A stretch of 32,000 nucleotides of DNA from the NCBI RefSeq assembly GCF_000400465.1, contig NW_008806294.1, forward strand, positions 112,958 through 144,957, in the 5' to 3' direction. Numbering within the stretch: position 1 is the stretch's first letter; every line of letters starts with the position of its first letter. A program made the translations under genes and the position numbers. Source of the DNA: Wallemia ichthyophaga EXF-994 (lineage: Eukaryota > Fungi > Basidiomycota). The notes beneath the pieces were generated by a model. It was not told the origin of the DNA and ran no database searches. It saw nothing but the letters and a program-made list of their open reading frames with translations. Shown piece after piece: positions 29,925 through 32,000 of this stretch.

Positions 29925-32000
29925 ATGTCTTTGAGAACAGCAAGGTTAGTAATCGCTGCCATTTCCCGCCAGAGCTGACGCAGATCAGCACGCCGCTCCT
30001 AGGCGACAGAGAAAGAAGCAGTGCAGAAGAGAGTTTGAGAGGGAAGCAAAAGCGGAGGAAATTCCTACGCTACATCAAGGTACTACTCCCACTCCTGCTA
30101 TTCACATTTCTATTTATCGTGGGTGCGCTGACACTATACAAGAGCTGGGACGTGGCGAAACATCCACCTACAAATGCTCTCCATCCACCCACACAGCCGT
30201 ATGCACCAGACGTGCAACTAAGCACGCCGTGGACGGACGACGCGGTGGCCGGGAAGGGATGGCAAACGCATCCGCGGCCGACACTCTACAGAAACGCGTG
30301 GAAAACACTCAACGGGATCTGGACATACTCACCAGCACACGCTGCAGACGATATCGCTCACCCGCCCTTTAACCAGACACTAAAGCGGCAAGTGCGTATC
30401 CCCGCCTGCGCAGAGAGCGGGATGAGCGGTGTAGGCGAGGACAGGAGTGAGTGGATGTGGTACAAGACGCGTTTCGACGCGTTGGAAGCGGGTGGGAGTG
30501 AGAGTAAAAGTGAAACAGACACACGCGACCGCCACATCCTCCATCTCGACGCAGTCGATTACGAGGCAGTCGTATTTGTCAATGGCGTCCAAGTCGCCGC
30601 TCACACAGGTGGATACACGCGTTTCAGTGTGGATATTACTGAGGCGATGAGCGTACGAGCGGATGCAGAGGCACACGCACACCCACACGAGCTCATAGTC
30701 TGGGTGAGAGACCCAACAGACTCGCTCGACGAAAACATACCGCTCGGGAAGCAGCGCACTGTCGATATGCACATGTTCTTCGCGAGCTGTAGCGGGATAT
30801 GGCAGAGTGTGTGGCTCGAGCGCATACCTCGGGAGTACATAACGCAAGTTGCCGTGCAGGGCGACCAGTGGGGAGTGGTGCGCGGGGCTATCTACACGAA
30901 CAGCAACGATACTGCGCCCGTACACTTGGAGCTGCATGAGCAGGAGCAGCACTCGTCACGACCACTCGCAACCCACACCGTCCCCTCAAACACCCCTTTC
31001 GAATGGTCTGTTGAGGGTGTGTCGCAGTGGAGCGTCGCCCACCCGCATCTTTACACGCTCTCAATCCACACAGACACAGACACCGCCGATAGTTATCTGG
31101 GTTTCCGCAGCGTTTCGAAAGGCATGGTAGATGGAGCACTCAAGCCACTCGTCAACGATGAGTTCATCTTCACTCTCGCCACCCTCGACGAAGGCTACTG
31201 GCCTGACGGTCTTTATACGCCGCCATCCGAGGGAGCGCTTCAATACGATATTGGCTACCTCAAACGATTGGGATTCAGCGGGATACGCAAGCATATCAAA
31301 GTCGAGCCAGATGTTTTTTACTACATGTGCGATAAGATTGGTATGCTCGTTTGGCAGGATATGCCGTCTCTCATGCACGATCGCACTCCAACCGACGCGC
31401 AGATAGCCGAGTTTGAGCGACAGAGCGTGGAGATAGTGCGCACACACTCACACTTCCCCTCCATCGTCACGTGGGTGCTGTACAACGAGGGCTGGGGGCA
31501 GGCTGATGGCGGTGTAGAGGAGGCATTGGTGGGGAAAGTGCTTAATGTGGACAAGTCACGCTTGATCGACGCAGCAAGTGGATGGAAAGATAATGGGTTT
31601 GGGGACTTTCACGATACACACCACTACAGCGAGCCATTGTGTGGATTGAACGTGGAGACGTCGCTGGTGACACCTCCCGATGCACATGCACATGCACACA
31701 GGATAGAGGTTAATATGGAGATGGGCGGAGTCGGCCATCTCGCACCATCGCAGCACAATTGGTTTGATATGCGCACTTATAAAGACACTTACGAGATAGC
31801 GGGGGATGTACAGACGTGGAATTTCCGCACACTGTCTATACTGCGCGAGTTGAAGGAGCAAGTCTTGTTCACTGGGAGGTGTGCAGGTGCAGTGTATACA
31901 CAGACTAGCGATATAGAGAGTGAAGTGAATGGGCTGCTTTCGTATGATCGCAGATACAGTAGACCGGATGTGAGGAGGTGGCGGGAGGCCATTCGGGGAT
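29925..32000 (+). CDS. Glycoside hydrolase family 2, type II membrane-anchored (3' end beyond the window)
   Basis: Exon 29925-29944, intron 29945-29988, then open to the end. TM segment YIKVLLPLLLFTFLFIVGALTLY. Motifs HPRP, LNGIW, DAVDY, SGIWQSVWLE, GYWPDGLY, IRKHIKVEP, VWQDMP, YNEGWGQ, EMGG. Missing from the ORF track because there is no stop. Confidence 0.92.

Noticed and set aside
2488-31992. Many antisense and alternate-frame ORFs (e.g. 6017-6556, 26548-27426, 27842-28429, 30380-30952)
   Set aside because: They are shadows of well-supported genes on the other strand or frame, with no recognisable motifs.
1-32000. Transposons or LTRs
   Set aside because: No transposase, RT or integrase motifs, terminal inverted repeats or long direct repeats were found by eye.

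Overview
Very compact fungal genomic DNA. The ~42-60 nt GT-AG introns, high gene density and multiple acidic class I hydrophobins suggest a Wallemia-like basidiomycete (inference). About 24 protein-coding genes were reconstructed by hand-splicing: three hydrophobins, SAP30, ZPR1, a PPX1/Prune-type exopolyphosphatase with a signal peptide, an MDR-fold protein with a long disordered N-terminus, YIH1/IMPACT, GMF, TRS23, MET16, HEM1, hypothetical proteins, an F-box-like gene, an MBOAT_2 acyltransferase, a ricin-B lectin, a rhomboid, PSF2, NIP7, PRE5, COX15, BOL3 and a GH2 hydrolase that runs off the window. The most striking signals are two atypical tRNA loci. (1) An apparently circularly permuted tRNA-Arg(ACG) gene at 18405-18480 (- strand): the 3' half precedes the 5' half, split exactly at 37/38, with a CCAC linker, an upstream A-box remnant and a T7 Pol III terminator. 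To my knowledge this arrangement is known from some algae and an archaeon but not from fungi. (2) A tRNA-Lys gene at 29540-29637 (-) with a 25-nt tandem duplication giving two anticodon arms, CTT and TTT. Also notable are six head-to-head gene pairs with only about 28-94 bp between start codons, a likely rhomboid pseudoprotease with an intronic 16-bp minisatellite, and microexons. No transposon, rRNA or CRISPR array was seen. All splice models are manual and unverified by RNA data.
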